Part shown: positions 12,458 to 26,551 of the stretch, piece by piece | How the letters are laid out: every line of letters begins with the position of its first letter | How positions within the stretch are numbered: the stretch's first letter is position 1 | NCBI RefSeq assembly: GCF_037042905.1 | Contig: NC_087245.1 | Coordinates: 19,408,001 to 19,472,000, forward strand | Length of the DNA stretch: 64,000 bases | Direction: 5' to 3' | From: Lytechinus pictus | Taxonomy: Eukaryota | The notes under the pieces: model-generated | Seen by the model: only the letters and a program-made list of their open reading frames with translations | Databases searched by the model: none | Told to the model about the DNA's origin: nothing | Translations under genes and position numbers: made by a program

Positions 12458-14560
12458 ATTTCTAACAACTCCTTTCTATATGGAGGGACTAGCATGGTAT
12501 CCATGTCTACCAACCCCTTTTAAAATGGAGGGACTAGCACAGATATCAATTTCTAACAACCCCTTTCAAAATGGAGAGACTAGCACGGATATCCATATCT
12601 ATCAACCCCTTTCAAAATGGAGAGACTAGCATGGGTGTCCATTTCTAACATCCCCTTTCAAAATGGAGAGACTAGCATGGGTGTCCATTTCTAACAACCC
12701 CATTCAAAATGGAGAGACTAGCATGGATATCCATTTCTAAAAACCCCATTCAAAATGGAGAGACTAGCATGGGTATCCATTTCTAAAAACCCCTTTAAAA
12801 AATGAAGAGTCAAGCATGGGTATCAATTTTTAACAACCCCTTTCAAAATGGAGAGAGTAGTATGGATATTAATTGCTAATAACTCCTTCTAAATTGGAGA
12901 GACTAGCATGGGTGTCCATTTCGAACAACCCCATTCAAAATGGAGAGACTAGCATGGATATCCATTTCTAAAAACCCCTTTCGAAATGAAGATACTAGCA
13001 TGGATATCCATTTCTACCAACCCCTTTCAAAATGGAGAGTCTAGCATGGGTATCAATTTCTACCAACCCCTTCCAAAATGGAGAGACTAGCATGTATATC
13101 CATTTCTACCAACCCCTTTCAAAATGGAGAGTCTAGCACGGGTATCAATTTCTAACTTCCCCTTTCAAAATGGAGAGACTAGCATGGATATCGATTTCTA
13201 AAAAACCCATTCAAAATGGAGAGACTAGCATGGGTATCAATTTCTAAACCCTTTTCAAAATGGAGAGTCTAGCATGGGTATCAATTTCTAACAACCCCTT
13301 TCAAAATGGAGAGACTAGCATGGATATTCATTTTTAACAACCCCTTTCAAAATGGACACACTAGCATGGATATTCATTTTTAACAACCTCTTTCAAAATG
13401 GACACACTAGTATGGGTATCCATTTTTTACAACCCCTTTCAAAATATAAAGACTAGCATGGATATCCATTTTCTAAAAACCCCATTCAAAATGGAGAGTC
13501 TAGCATGGGTATCAATTTCAACAACCCGTTTCAAAATGAAGAGTCTAGCATGGGTATCCATTCATAAACCCCTTTCAAAATGGAGAGTCTAGCATGGGTA
13601 TCAATTTTTAACATCCCCTTTCAAAATGGAGAGACTAGCATGGATATCCATTTCTAAAAACCCAATTCAAAATGGAGAGACAAGCATGGGTATCAATTTC
13701 TAACTCCCCCTTTCAAAATGGAGAGACTAGTATGGATATCGATTTCTAACAACCCCTTTCAAAATGGAGAGACTAGCACGGATATCCATATCTATCAACC
13801 CCTTTCAAAATGGAGAGTCTAGCATGGGTATCAATTTCTAACTTCCCCTTTCAAAATGGAGAGACTAGCATGGATATCGATTTCTAAAAACTCCATTCAA
13901 AATGGAGAGACTAGCATGGATATCGATTTCTAAAAACCCCATTCAAAATGGAGAGTCTAGCATGGGTATCAATTTCTAACTTCCCCTTTCAAAATGGAGA
14001 AACTAGTATGGATATCGATTTCTAACAACCCCTTCCAAAATGGAGAGACTAGCACGGATATCCATATCTATCAACCCCTTTCAAAATGGAGAGACTAGTA
14101 TGGATATCGATTTCTAACAACTCCTCTCAGACTGGAGAGACTAGCATGGATATCCATTTCTAAAAACCCCTTTCAAAATGGAGAGACTAGCATGGGTATC
14201 AATTTTTAACATCCCCTTTTAAAATGGAGAGACTAGCATGGATATCCATTTCTAAAAACCCCTTTCGAAATGGAGAGACTAGCATGGGTATCAATTTCTA
14301 ACAACCCCTTTTAAAATGGAGAGACTAGCACGGATATCCATTTCTAAAAACCCCTTTTAAAATGGAGAGACAAGCATGGGTATCAATTTCTAAACCCCTT
14401 TCAAAATGGAGAGAATAGCACGGATATCCATTTCTAACAACCCCTTTCAAAATAGAGAGACTAATAGAGTATCCATTTCTGCCAACCCCTTTCAAATTGG
14501 AGAAACTAGCATGGATATCCATTTTTAACAACCCCTTTCAAAATCGAGAGGCTAGTATGA
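12458..14560. repeat. Intronic minisatellite, 46-bp unit, about 45 copies
   Basis: Consensus TCAAAATGGAGAGACTAGCATGG(A/G)TATC(C/A)ATTTCTAACAACCCCTT, repeated head-to-tail with no spacers. Confidence 0.95.
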
Positions 14561-16374
14561 AAGGCATCACAAGGTCAGAAGGGAGAGGCTGGAAATGGTC
14601 ATCTCTATTTATCGCATCTAAAATGGGGAAAATTAGCATGAAAGATCTATTCATTTTATCCCTGAAAAAATTAAAAGGTTGTGCACTCAAGACTATCAAA
14701 ACCCCGGTCAATATAGAGATGTTCAACATTCATGACAAAACACCGCCTCAAAATGAGAGGCGAGCACAAACATGAACAAATGACATCATGCAGATGACCA
14801 TGCAGTCATGGTGGGATAAATCAAACAAAAATTATTTAAGAAGACTATTATAATTTGTAGATAATTGGTTAAAACTGAAAATCAGTGTATGGTTTGTTTG
14901 TGAATATAAATCAAATCATCAAAACGTTTAATAGAATGTGGTGTATTTTTATACTTGAGCAAGAAAAAAACGTTTACATTTATCCAAAAATAAATCAAAA
15001 GACCTTGATTTCGTAATACAATTCTTGAAAATTGATAATAAAATTGATTTTACATTATGGTCAGTAAAGTCCATTGCACAATATGTTACATGATAAATTC
15101 AAGCATTTTTTACTACATGCACGCAATTTGCACCGTTGTGACATCACCGTCACTCCTTTGCATAATTCGTGAGAGATTGGAATACCACACTGTACTCAGC
15201 ATAAAAAAATTAATCACTGTGTTTCTCTTTCCAAGTTATCATAAACTCCATTGTAAGACTTAATTTTTCTTGGGATCTCACTTGCAGTTCTACTCATTAA
15301 TCCTTATTCTTCCCTGGTCTTCATGGTTCAGTGCAGTAAATACTTTGTAATCATTGAATTCCCACCCATGGACTATGCTCTTTTGCACGTTTTAAGAAAA
15401 AAAGAAGTCAACACGCAAGCTTCTCATGGTAATGAATGTTTGGGAACCGTGTATTATGAAACGCAAAAATTATTCAGGTTTGTGTAACATGGCCATGTTC
15501 ATATTTGCAAGAGAAATATATATTGAATAGGTAAACAAACATGGGACATTGACATTCATAAGCACTGATAACATTCAAGGATCCAAACTTGGGAAAGTTC
15601 TTTGCAATAAGAGAAGAAACATATTTTCAATTTCTTCAAAGATGTAGTAAAAATTGTTAATTATTCTTAAAGAAAATGGTTAATTTGTTTACTAAAATTT
15701 GGGGCAATGTTTAGCTTCTTTCTAATTTCAACGCAAATGACTTTATTCTATTTGTTGCAATTCTAACCCTTGTGAAATGAAAGCCAAAAATTATTATTAT
15801 CAAATCATGCTTCCAGAAAATTTACAATTAATATATTTTCACCATACTTGCTAAATGTTTATCACTACACATTTCCATATTGGTAATTCATCACAACAAG
15901 GATGGTACACAGAAATTGTCATTTGTATAATTTCTGAATTTAATGAAAACCATCCATCGCCCAGAATGATTCTTACCATAAATACAAAATATCACTCTAT
16001 CAAATATGTGTAGTGCCTGTCTGGTAAGCCAGTTTTAAATGGTTGTTAATCATAAAAATAGCATAGGTTCAAGATCTAAGTATAGACATTTTTGTTCTGA
16101 TTAAAAATCCCATTGCTTCCTGTTTTGTCATGCAATGCTTGAGTAGTTCCAGGAAGCAATGGTAGCTTAACTGCATGTTTGCAGTTGACCTCCTGCACGT
16201 GCTTTTGGGTAAAAAAAATCAATTCATGCAGAAGTGAGATTTTGTTACACACAGCGCACTTTTCTCATTACATTTTGACAAATGGGACCAACATTATCAC
16301 ATATAGTGTAGAGTGCAATGGAGTTGTGCCAACTGGGAGTTAGAGGACAGAACAAAAGTAGGGTTGATATCCAC

Positions 16375-16632
16375 CTTGGACTTTAAGGTCGGCTTTTTGT
16401 GTCTTGTCACCAATCTTGATGGTATACTGGCCACTATCTTGTGGAGCTGTGTCTTGGATGGTCAGAGAGAGACGACGACCATCACGTTTGACTTGGAACT
16501 TTTCATCTGGGGTGATCTCCTTGCCATCCTTCATCCAAATAATGTCTTCATCTTTGACATCACCAGATACATCACACTCAAATTTGGCAGCAATTTTCTC
16601 TGGCACCTTGGCATCAGCCAAAGGAGTAACAT
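16375..16632 (-). CDS. Exon, Ig I-set domain
   Basis: DVTPLADAKV..FECDVS..WMKDG..DSGQYTI; 258 bp, phase 1-1. Confidence 0.92.
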
Positions 16633-18393
16633 CTGTTTGAAAAGGAGTTTGTGGATTGTTATTCCTCATAAAGAATCATGTAAATTATCTTTTAAGCATG
16701 TTTTTACAAACCTTAATGTCCCTGATTATGAAGTGATCAATTATTGTTACGTTGATAATGAATTAGCTTTATATAATCGTCTTTCTCTTATTACATGTAC
16801 AATTGGCACAATAACTCAATGATAATTCACATTACATGTCAAAACTCAGGAAACATAGGATATTAGTCTACCATTTAAGATTCATCATCATATCATTTAT
16901 TGTAAAGACCTGCAGAACAATTAAATGACTCATATCAAGATAAGCAATGAAAAGTTAACGTCACAATGAATACTTACCAGATAATAGCAAGTTAAAAGGG
17001 GAACAGCAAACATATGTTCCAAAGGAGACACAAAATATATGAATGAACTATTGAAATCAAAGTGAACTTCTAAATATAAATTGTCATTCCACTGGCTTAC
17101 TACAAGGGGTATACCACACAAAAGAGGATAAATTCTACCAATTCTAACGAAGTTCTACCAAATTCTAGACATCATAAAGGACATGGGATAATTTTGTTAT
17201 AAGGAAACTTTTTCCTCAGACTAATCTTGTTAAGATGAAATGCATAAGGCATAAATGTATAAAATGCATAAATAAAGTTTACACAGTATGCATATTTTAA
17301 ATATCAGTAGGATATGCTTCTAATCATGCAATGACCTAAAGTAAAATGACATAAAAACGATCATCACATATTTCTCAAAGCAAAATGTTAATACAAAATA
17401 CTACAATAAATAATGTTACATGGAACACACAGTTGATCATGAGGTTTTAACAAAAGATGACTGACATTTTACTTACCTATATCATTTCAAATATATTTTT
17501 GGCATTAAAAACGTTTAATGATATATTTTAAGTCTCTGCATATTTCATACCAAGCTTATGTGAATTGACATGAGTAAATGTATCATATTTTGCTTAAGGC
17601 AATAAAAAAACCATGCTTTACATAAAAAGCACATTTTAGAAACATCATAATAAACTAAACAGTGTTAACATGTATAGTAATGTTTTTGAGTGGAATTAAT
17701 TTCAATTTGTATCCATAAGTATATTATATGTTTTAGTGAACAGTATCAATGGAAAACAATGCCAGACACAAAATTATCTCACCAGGACCCATGAAGACAA
17801 ATCTTTGTGACTTATTGTACAGCTCATTTGTACGATCAATTAAAAATTATTTTATATGCAATCAGTTGTTAAAAATAAATTTCTATGTGTTTTCTATAGG
17901 GCCTGGTAGCTATTACTTAAAATAAACAATCAGTGGATCCATACATTCTAACAGGAAATTCTCCTTCATAGATGATATCATGCAGACGTAAATGAAATGA
18001 ATTAGACAAAAAGAGATGAAAGGCGATAATGTATCAAGCATATTATTAGTTCAAAATCAAATGACATATGATATCACATGATATAATCTATACCTTACTA
18101 CTAATAAGTTAGAAGACAGCAATTTTAAAAACATTTAGAGCATTTACCAATGAAGGATACAAGATAAACGACATATAAATGAACAATTCTCTCATTATTA
18201 AAGTAAAACTGAGATGTTGAGTACATAAGATCATGGATATTACTTAACAATAAATGGAATGATTATGATTGCAAACCTAGTGTATTTTCTGTGTAATTAT
18301 AATGTCGTGAAATTATTTATATTTCGGCAAACTCAAGTGATTTCATGAAATATCCGATCATGAATGAGTGACTCATAATATAATCGACGATAC

Positions 18394-18678
18394 CTTCTCC
18401 TTCAGCAATAAGAGTTTCCAGTTCTTTTGGCGCCTGGAGATCAATTTCAGCACCAGCTTCAACCTTTGGTGTAGCAATGGGCAAGACAACCTCTTCTTTA
18501 ACCTCTTCAGGTTCGGTCTTTATAGGTTCCTCTTCTTCTAGGGGTTTACAAAGAAGCATCTCTTCCCTGCTCTCTTTGATGCTACTTGGTTCCTCAGCAG
18601 CTGCCAATGTGGTATCGTCCGATAACTTGGTAGCGATGTCCAACAAAGATCTGAACATCTCGGCCTGGGACATTCGCT
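18394..18678 (-). CDS. Exon, acidic low-complexity linker
   Basis: ERMSQAEMFRSLLD..EEPIKTEPEEVKEE..IAEGE; acceptor ctcactag, donor gtatcg; 285 bp, phase 1-1. Confidence 0.75.
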
Positions 18679-18882
18679 CTAGTGAGCGAAAAATTATGTT
18701 TGAAAGTTTTACAGTGAGATACATCTCACAAAGACATCGTTATATTCCAAGGGGTGATGAAAGGTCCGGAGGTGAAAGCTCGTGATGATCGTGTAACAGA
18801 GGTGATTAAAAGCGAGTGCCGATGATGAGAAGAAGTGCGAGATACACATATTGTGCAATAGAGGAAGATAGAAGCTACTCAC

Positions 18883-18957
18883 CTTTTTCTCGTGGTAAAG
18901 TGAAGATGAATGACGAGGGCGGGGTTGTTGAAGTGCGAGGAAGGACAGATGGGATGA
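18883..18957 (-). CDS. Candidate 75-bp cassette exon (IPSVLPRTSTTPPSSFIFTLPREK)
   Basis: Perfect donor AAG|GTGAGT, acceptor ccttttaag, open in phase 1-1, GC higher than the surrounding intron. Confidence 0.35.
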
Positions 18958-20087
18958 CTTAAAAGGGTCCAATGTTATCATGATTTTGACCCAGACAGTC
19001 AAAACAGTTGATGCATTATTTTTTCAACGAAAACGAAATCTACTATCTGGGAATGTGGATACTAGTTATTACAGTGTACAAAAATTAGACAAGAACCACA
19101 ACGTTGATGTCTACCACAATCTCAAATGAGAAATTTTGGTGAAATAATTCCAATTCACATGCTCGCATATTGAACCTCGAAATTATCAAGATAAACTGGT
19201 TTGTATGGAAATCAATTGGTCCATCGTAAGACTTGTAATCAAATAAAGTGATGTTTTGAATTTGCCACAACACATAGCATATTGACATACAATCTATTTA
19301 TTTGAAGGAAACACAAATTAAACACAAGATAAAATAATGTTGTTACAATATTAATACCTTACTGTTGTTATGTATGCAAAATAACAAAGAAATGAATATG
19401 GACTTAGTACTAGTACAGAGAATATTGAATTATTTATTTTGACAATATACAAATACAATGAATGGGATGATAAAAATGATTGAACAGCCAATGACTGTGC
19501 ACAATGTGTTCAGGGATTGATATGGGAAGAAAATGTAAATCAATTGAATCTGATGGATTATTATGATGAAAAATAACAGGAAATGTAATTGAAATGAAAG
19601 AGAAAATAACATGATAAAAAAACTCTCACATAATTTCAAGAAATATTAAATCAACAAAATAAGATAATACTACTTAATACATACATGATAAAACTTGAAT
19701 TATAAGCATTAAGTGTGAATAAAACAACGCTATTTTAGGCATTTTAGGTTAGAACACTCTTTATGTTACTGATCATGTTACAAATTGCACTGAATACAAT
19801 CTTAGCATAAGCTACCATAACATTTACACATGTATCATAAATGTACAGTTATGAAAACTGCCATGACATTGAACTTATAATTCATCATGCATATATATAG
19901 ACCAAACCCACACAAAGATATATGAATTTCACATAAACCATGAAAGCTCCAAAGATGATTTTTTATTTTTTTTAAGCATTTTAATGGACTATGTAACTTG
20001 TTCCATTCCTAAATGTCTAGCCACTAGCCGCATGCAATTATGAATTAATCAAATTACAAAAGAAGCACATGAAGATGCAGAACTTAC

Positions 20088-20208
20088 CACTTTCTTCCGG
20101 TTTCCCTCTTCCCATGACCATCGGAGCTTGCGCCATCTCAAGAGCAGCCAGTTCCAGGGATTCAAGTTGTTCAGGAATCTCTGGTTCCTCCATGACTGTT
20201 TCCAGTTC
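20088..20208 (-). CDS. Exon, acidic linker (ELETVMEEPEIPEQLESLELAALEMAQAPMVMGRGKPEES)
   Basis: Not in the ORF track; acceptor ttttttcctcag, donor gtaagt; 121 bp, phase 0-1, matching its neighbours. Confidence 0.9.
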
Positions 20209-20542
20209 CTGAGGAAAAAATGTACACCTTAATTAGTTCTATTTCTCTGGATTAAACCAAAAGAATATGTACAAATTATGTCATTATGTCATTTATGTCA
20301 AGGGAGCAACATTCACACTTACTAGCCTTATAGATACTGAATACTATCACTGTTGTAGCCAGGTATGGGAATTATTTGGTCCAATATCATCAGAGATAAT
20401 ACATATAGTGAGTAAATCATCTAATTGAAAGTCTGAGTTCAATAAAAACAGATATCATGAAAGTCTGATCCGAGTCTTGTGTACATCACTTCTTTGAGAT
20501 GACTACTAACTAAACATAACAAATCACACTAAATAATCTAAC

Positions 20543-20714
20543 CGTTGGTTGCTCCGCCCTTTGTTTCATCGCTTGGAGGTGTTTGAGGATTGCACGGAAG
20601 TCATAGATGCCATGTTTCTTGAGAACTGTCTCATAGTCTTTGGGTTGAATATCTTTGAGGATTTCCTCAATGTCTATCTCTCCTTCCTCACTAATCTCTC
20701 CCTCTGATGCACGT
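20543..20714 (-). CDS. Exon, single MyBP-C-type tri-helix bundle motif (IDIEEILKDIQPKDYETVLKKHGIYDFRAILKHLQAMK)
   Basis: Not in the ORF track; 172 bp, phase 2-0; aligns by eye with the cardiac MyBP-C M-domain motif as I recall it ([34 protein letters not shown]). Confidence 0.9.
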
Positions 20715-21014
20715 CTGGAAATTTAAAGAAAAGATGGAAAGGCATATGCAGTTTCATGTTTCCTTTTGTATTATCGTATGCAGCTAAAACTGTTATTGTG
20801 TATGTTACAAAAGAAAGTAAAACACTCACATAAATAATATTTTATAAAATATCACAATTAGGACTGAGATATATGGGGACTATCCAAATACCATAAAACA
20901 CAACAAATCGCCCCATTGAGTATTAGTACTTATTTACATATCGGGTAATTTTTGCTTTATGACTTCATGGGCATCAACAAAAGCATGAACATTATAATTT
21001 ATTTGCATGCTTAC

Positions 21015-21300
21015 GCTTTGAGAGACATCTTTCTCTTCATGATCTCTTCAGGAGGTCTTGGGGTCACCATCATGGAAACAGCCTGCTTTACTTCTCCGGA
21101 CTCATTCTTGGCAATCACCATATACTTTCCAGCATCCTTGGGTGTTACCTCATGGAAAATGATCTTGTGTTCTCGGGTGGCTTCATCAAACTGGTAAGTG
21201 ACGTCAGAGTTTTCTGGCGTGATTTCCTTCCAGTCTTTGGTAAACTTTATTTCAGGTACAGGGTAACCCGTGACGACATACCGGAATACAGCAGACATAC
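21015..21300 (-). CDS. Exon, body of the Ig domain preceding the THB (C1-like) plus basic linker
   Basis: GMSAVFRYVVTGYPVPEIKFTKDWK..EHKIIF..DAGKYMV..KRKMSLK; 286 bp, phase 1-2. Confidence 0.93.
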
Positions 21301-21744
21301 CTGTGTAGAAGGACAGAATTAAAATGATTAAAAAATTTATCATACTTTTGATATTAGCACGTGCTCACAGTCCCCACATTCTAAACTTCGGTGAATCAAC
21401 TAAATTGATGGAAAAAAGTGCATCAACAAAAATGAATTTCCACAGAGTAATACTTTTTAATGTCAAGAAGATTCAATATATCATCATTGTTCATATCCTT
21501 AAAAGTGTCATAATTATACATGGATACTTTGCCACCAGAAAATTTGGCCAAATTGGACCTGTAAATTTGTTGAATATTTATACACATACACACACAAACA
21601 TCCTCACACACAAATACATATTTATTATTATTTTTGATATTATTATTATACATGTGTGTGTGTGAAATCTATGAAAAATGTTACATGTCGTATCTATAAA
21701 CCTACATGCTTGCCTTTCAAGAAAAGAAATATCAGGTATCTTAC

Positions 21745-22068
21745 CCTCTTGTGTGTCTACAGCTTTTGGTTTAGTAGTAAATACAGGTGGCTTCAAGGCT
21801 TGGACACTCAGATTGAAGGGGACATCAATGTTATCTACCAGGACAGAATATTTTCCTGCATCAGATGGTGACAGATCCTCAATCAATAGGGTCGAAACAA
21901 GCCCCTCATTGATGATCTTGTGGCGTTTGTCCTTTCTCACGATTTGACCACCCTTCTTCCACTTGATATCTGCCTTAGCTGCATCGCCAGAAAGCTCGCA
22001 GACAAACGTAGCGGTCTGTTTTTCACGAGAGTCTACGTCTTCGGGAGGCTTGGTGATCTTAATGGTTT
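21745..22068 (-). CDS. Exon, Ig domain plus first strands of the next Ig
   Basis: TIKITKPPED..FVCELS..WKKGG..DAGKYSV..KPPVFTTKPKAVDTQE; 324 bp, phase 1-1. Confidence 0.93.
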
Positions 22069-25000
22069 CTATGCAAAAATAAACAAGTGTATTGAGTTAA
22101 AGCCTGTCCAGGAGAAAATGAATGAATGCAATTTCACATTACATGCTATCCACAAAAGCATAGCAATCTCGTCATGATATTCAATAATCATCTGGAGTAA
22201 AAAATACAGTCTTCCTGTCAATATAGATGTTAGAATACTTTCCAACCAAAATTAAAAGTGCAGAAATACTATTTTCTAAACATGATACATTGATGAAGCA
22301 AAGAAACCCTATGCGTAAACATTTCATATCCCATGTTTATACATATATGTAGCTTCAATAATTTAATGTGGCTCATTCAGTGCTTGAATGTAATTCAGTA
22401 ATGCTATATTCTCTAATGAAAAAATTGTAAGTATTGGGAGATAATAAATTCTTATTCCATGCCTTACATTTTTTTCCTGTGACATTAATTCCTTCCCAAG
22501 GTTGACTTGACATAGAAGTAACATATACTTGTATCATTAAAAGTTTATATAATAAGGTCTTCAGTAGCTTATGAAATTGAAATATAACACCATTTTCTTA
22601 CATGCTTTAGGATATACGTAATGTCTTAAAATTAATGAAATTAAAAAAATTCCATTAATCAATTAATCAAATTGAATAATTCATAGATTGCTTAATCACT
22701 AATATAACATTTGTTGAACAAGTCAATTGAATGTAACAATTACCTTTGACAGTGAAATTTATATGAGTGAGATAAGCAGTATCCAGCAGAAAATACAAAT
22801 ACACAAAAGCATTTAATTGATTAGCAATTAATTGAAATACATAAGTGATAAGATAATAGAGTCAATAAGGTTTTAATGAATGTTAGTGCGAGAAAGGTCA
22901 GGTTTGTTAATAATCATGCAATGTAATATAGGCCCTACTATTAAATCGCATTTACAGAAAGTTATCATGTCAGTTTATATATATATTTTCAAATAGTCAG
23001 ATCTTGATTCGACTGATCGTCTCTTAGAATGTGAGCTGCTGGAGTTGTGCTGATAGGTGACGGGTAGGTAGATGAATTTTCCAGTTTCCAATAACAGAAC
23101 TTCAAACAACATAATATAGTGCTTTATTATGATATTGAAAATAGAATAGATTTGCCAAATCATACCACAAGAACTTTAATTCTACTGATGGCTTGATCAG
23201 GCTGGTAATTGATAAATAAATTATGAAAAGAATAGCCTAAATTATTATTTTTTTTAAATCAGATTGGCATAAGACCCTGGTGGAAGTTTACTGAAAAATG
23301 AAATACAGATAACTGTAAGCTAGCGTAATATCCAGGATCTTTGTTGAAAACCATTATATGTAGGGATTTGAGACAAGGGAAAATCAAATTATGAAGGAAG
23401 TTGGATAAAGCTCTACGGGTTGAGGGAAGGATAGCATTCACTTTCTTGATAGGTGTTCTAAAATCATAAGCCCATGATTGTCTGTGGGGGTAGGTATGGG
23501 TGTATAGGGATATGATTCGTCATTTCATATCCATAACAGTTTGCTAAACATATAAATATCATATCATAATCGTGACATAAGAACACAAGCTTAATGCAGA
23601 CATGTTTGTTTTGCAGCAATATTGTCAAACCGCTGTCAATTACTTTATATCCTTTGGTAACTTTCGATGAGAACAAAAATGCTCCACATCTTACGAAAGT
23701 ATGAATAGCATCATCATCAATCAGTATTTTCTCAGAGATAGGGTACAACATTATTTAGGAACGAAATGTTAAAATCAAAACCGTTTAAGCAAATTAACTG
23801 TAAGTACCTTATAAAAGGGTTATTCAAACCTGAAATTGTGAAATTCAGCATATTTTCATATCCCCTGCAAGCCAAATATTAATATCATTAATATACAGAA
23901 GGGCAATACCCTAAAATATATCGTTCGACCCCCTATATGGGGGACCTTCATGAAATTTTCTGTCTCTGATTTCTGGTTCTTTGGACAGTCTGTAATGCCC
24001 TCAAATGACCACGACTTGGTCAGTTTAAGAAGTGAAGCAAGACTTGAGAAAAATGGAGGTCGGACGTACAAAAATGTTGATTATTTTATGGAATTGCCCA
24101 GAAGCAGAGTTAGGAAATTGCCCCTCAAAGCAGTAGAAAGCTAGATATAACTATCCTTGCCTAAATAATTACATGTTTATATTAGCATAAAAAGCAACAT
24201 AGGCAAGAAATTTTAGCTTTTTTGACAGAACATATCAGCATAATTGGACATAATTATTTCATTAATCAGACAAAATATACAAAAATTATGTTGTAGATTA
24301 GCACTGTTATGGACCAGCTCAGATATGCTGCAGTAAACAGCAACTTTCTTTTCCAAAATTGAAAATAGCTCCAAAATCATTTCAAAAGTACAAATATATG
24401 ACATCGGTTGACTATGGGTGTATAGACATCTGCGAGCATTCAATGATAGAATATACTGGACATTTTGTAAGGTGAAGCTGAAGGATTTTAATTTATTGAA
24501 AATCAGAAGTAAATTCAAACTTTTACTGGCAACATTAAGAAAAAGGTGAATAAAAAAAAAACAAAAAATATTATGCAAGTAGTGCTCTGCATTATATCTG
24601 AGCATGGTCGATTAAACATATACAATATAACACCAAGTAGTACCTGTGTTAACAAATATGTATTCATTACGTTGATTTAGTATGGCGTTTTTTTAAATAG
24701 CTTGACATTCAACATGTACTATCGAATGAAGAAATACTTGTACGTAAAAACAGACTTAGCTTTGTAATATTTTTATTTGAAATAGAATCACAGAGTGCAC
24801 AATTATGGATCTATGTAAATATCTATTGACAGATACCAACTGCAAAAGTGTGAAATGAATCCAATTTAATTGATGTATGATCATGAAGAGTATACAGGGT
24901 GACTGGATTTTCCCATTATATTCAGAGCCCATATATTGAGTAGAACATTGCATGAAGAAGTAGGTGACTTGAGCACTTTGAATTTAAAGAGATTTTCATT

Positions 25001-25809
25001 TTCGTGACGATTAACTTGTTTCAGTGAAAAAAAATCCAAAAGTTATTTTTTAAAGATTCTTTAAAGAATAAGATTTTTCACTTTGACCTTGTATTCTAAT
25101 CTAAAAATATTTTTTACTGCAGAATGATAGATACATAAATTATTAACCAAATGAAGGGAACACTCTCAATCACTGATTTGAGGCTACCATTGTTTTTATT
25201 GCTCTGGTATTGACTTATAGAGTGTCTGATGAAATTTCCTGCAATGTGCAATGACAAAAAAGGTACCAGAATAATTCAGTTCCAAATAAGAAATTGATAT
25301 TGATGAAATTTCATTATTTCGGAAGGTACAGGTACTCAAACGTCTGCACAAAAAACAGTATTACGCCAAGAGCTTCATATATTGGCATTTATAAAAGCAT
25401 AAGGTTTTGATAGACTAGGAGCTGTAACATCTATAGAAATAATCAATTATACAAGGTCGGGTGAAGTTTCTTTGTACATGGTTTGTTTAGACTGACAACT
25501 ACAATGAATTGTAGAATTGATTATTTCTTATATTTTCAGGTACCAGGCTCGACTTTATAAATGAGTACGGACCATTAAGAAGCAGCGTGTTGTAATACTG
25601 TGCTAAATGGCAATGCAGTGACATACATGTAAAGAAGATCCCATAGATATATTAGAATGTTAGCGAATATTTCTCAAATAATCTAAACACGTTATTGATG
25701 TCAATGAACACATACAAGTAAAGTATAAACACAGCTGAAAGCAACGAGCAATCATTAGTTTGTAACCGCCACCAGTTTGCGTATTTATACTATGGCAAGA
25801 GTATGTCAC

Positions 25810-26076
25810 CTCTAAGGATGAGGTCGGCAGTTGTCCTCTTGTCTCTTAGCACACACGTGTACGTTGTCTCATCATCTTCAATGATATCGTCGATAATCAG
25901 CCGTCTGATCCTTCCGTCTGTCTCTATCTTGTATTTGTCCGATGGCACAACTTCTTTGTCACCTTTAAGCCAGACGACCTTGGCCCAAGGTTCACTGACC
26001 TCACATTGGAACATGGCGTCACCCGTCAGGCGAGCATATAATTTTGTAAGGGGTGAAAGGACTTCCAATGGGAGCT
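25810..26076 (-). CDS. Exon, Ig I-set domain
   Basis: LPLEVLSPL..FQCEVS..WLKGD..DETTYTC; 267 bp, phase 1-1. Confidence 0.93.
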
Positions 26077-26551
26077 CTGGATTGACATTTAGGAGAGAAC
26101 TTATTTGCTAAAGCATGCAAAGTATCATCTTTGGTAAAAAGATTCATTATTTATAATAAATTTGATTATTTGTAATGCTAAATAGCAGAGAAATTTTAGT
26201 ATTTGATTGGCAGATCGAACGAAGCCAACGACTATTTTAAAGTAATTCAATGATGCTATGGTTAGATACTGTTCTCATGGTAGTTAACATAACTCATAAT
26301 GCTTTCTTTAAGCCTATGAATGTGTTTCAGAAAAGAGTTATCATAAGAAATAAAAAAGAAATATTCAATCACAATCTGCAAAACAAAATTGAGGAGAATA
26401 TATCTCCTTTCACTTCTTTTCATAAATGACAATACAAACAACGTTGAATTATCAAATCCCACTTTGTGCCCCAAATGAGAAAGAAAGTAAACACAGTAAA
26501 TCTGAATAGAAATTACAACAAAATAGCAAGTATTTAGAGCTACAACCCTAC

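Noticed and set aside
12458..14560. CRISPR-like regular repeat with palindromic core
   Set aside because: Units are head-to-tail with no unique spacers, there are no cas genes, and it lies in a spliceosomal intron; it is a minisatellite.
15282..15390. Possible exon upstream of a gtgag donor-like site
   Set aside because: Stop codons in all three frames shortly before the donor.
22744..22800. TVK|gtaatt resembling the end of an Ig exon
   Set aside because: No Ig-like sequence or usable acceptor upstream; the flanking exons already join in frame.
23750..24169. Possible MITE bounded by attatttagg/cctaaataat
   Set aside because: Only a 10-bp AT-rich inverted match; insufficient support.
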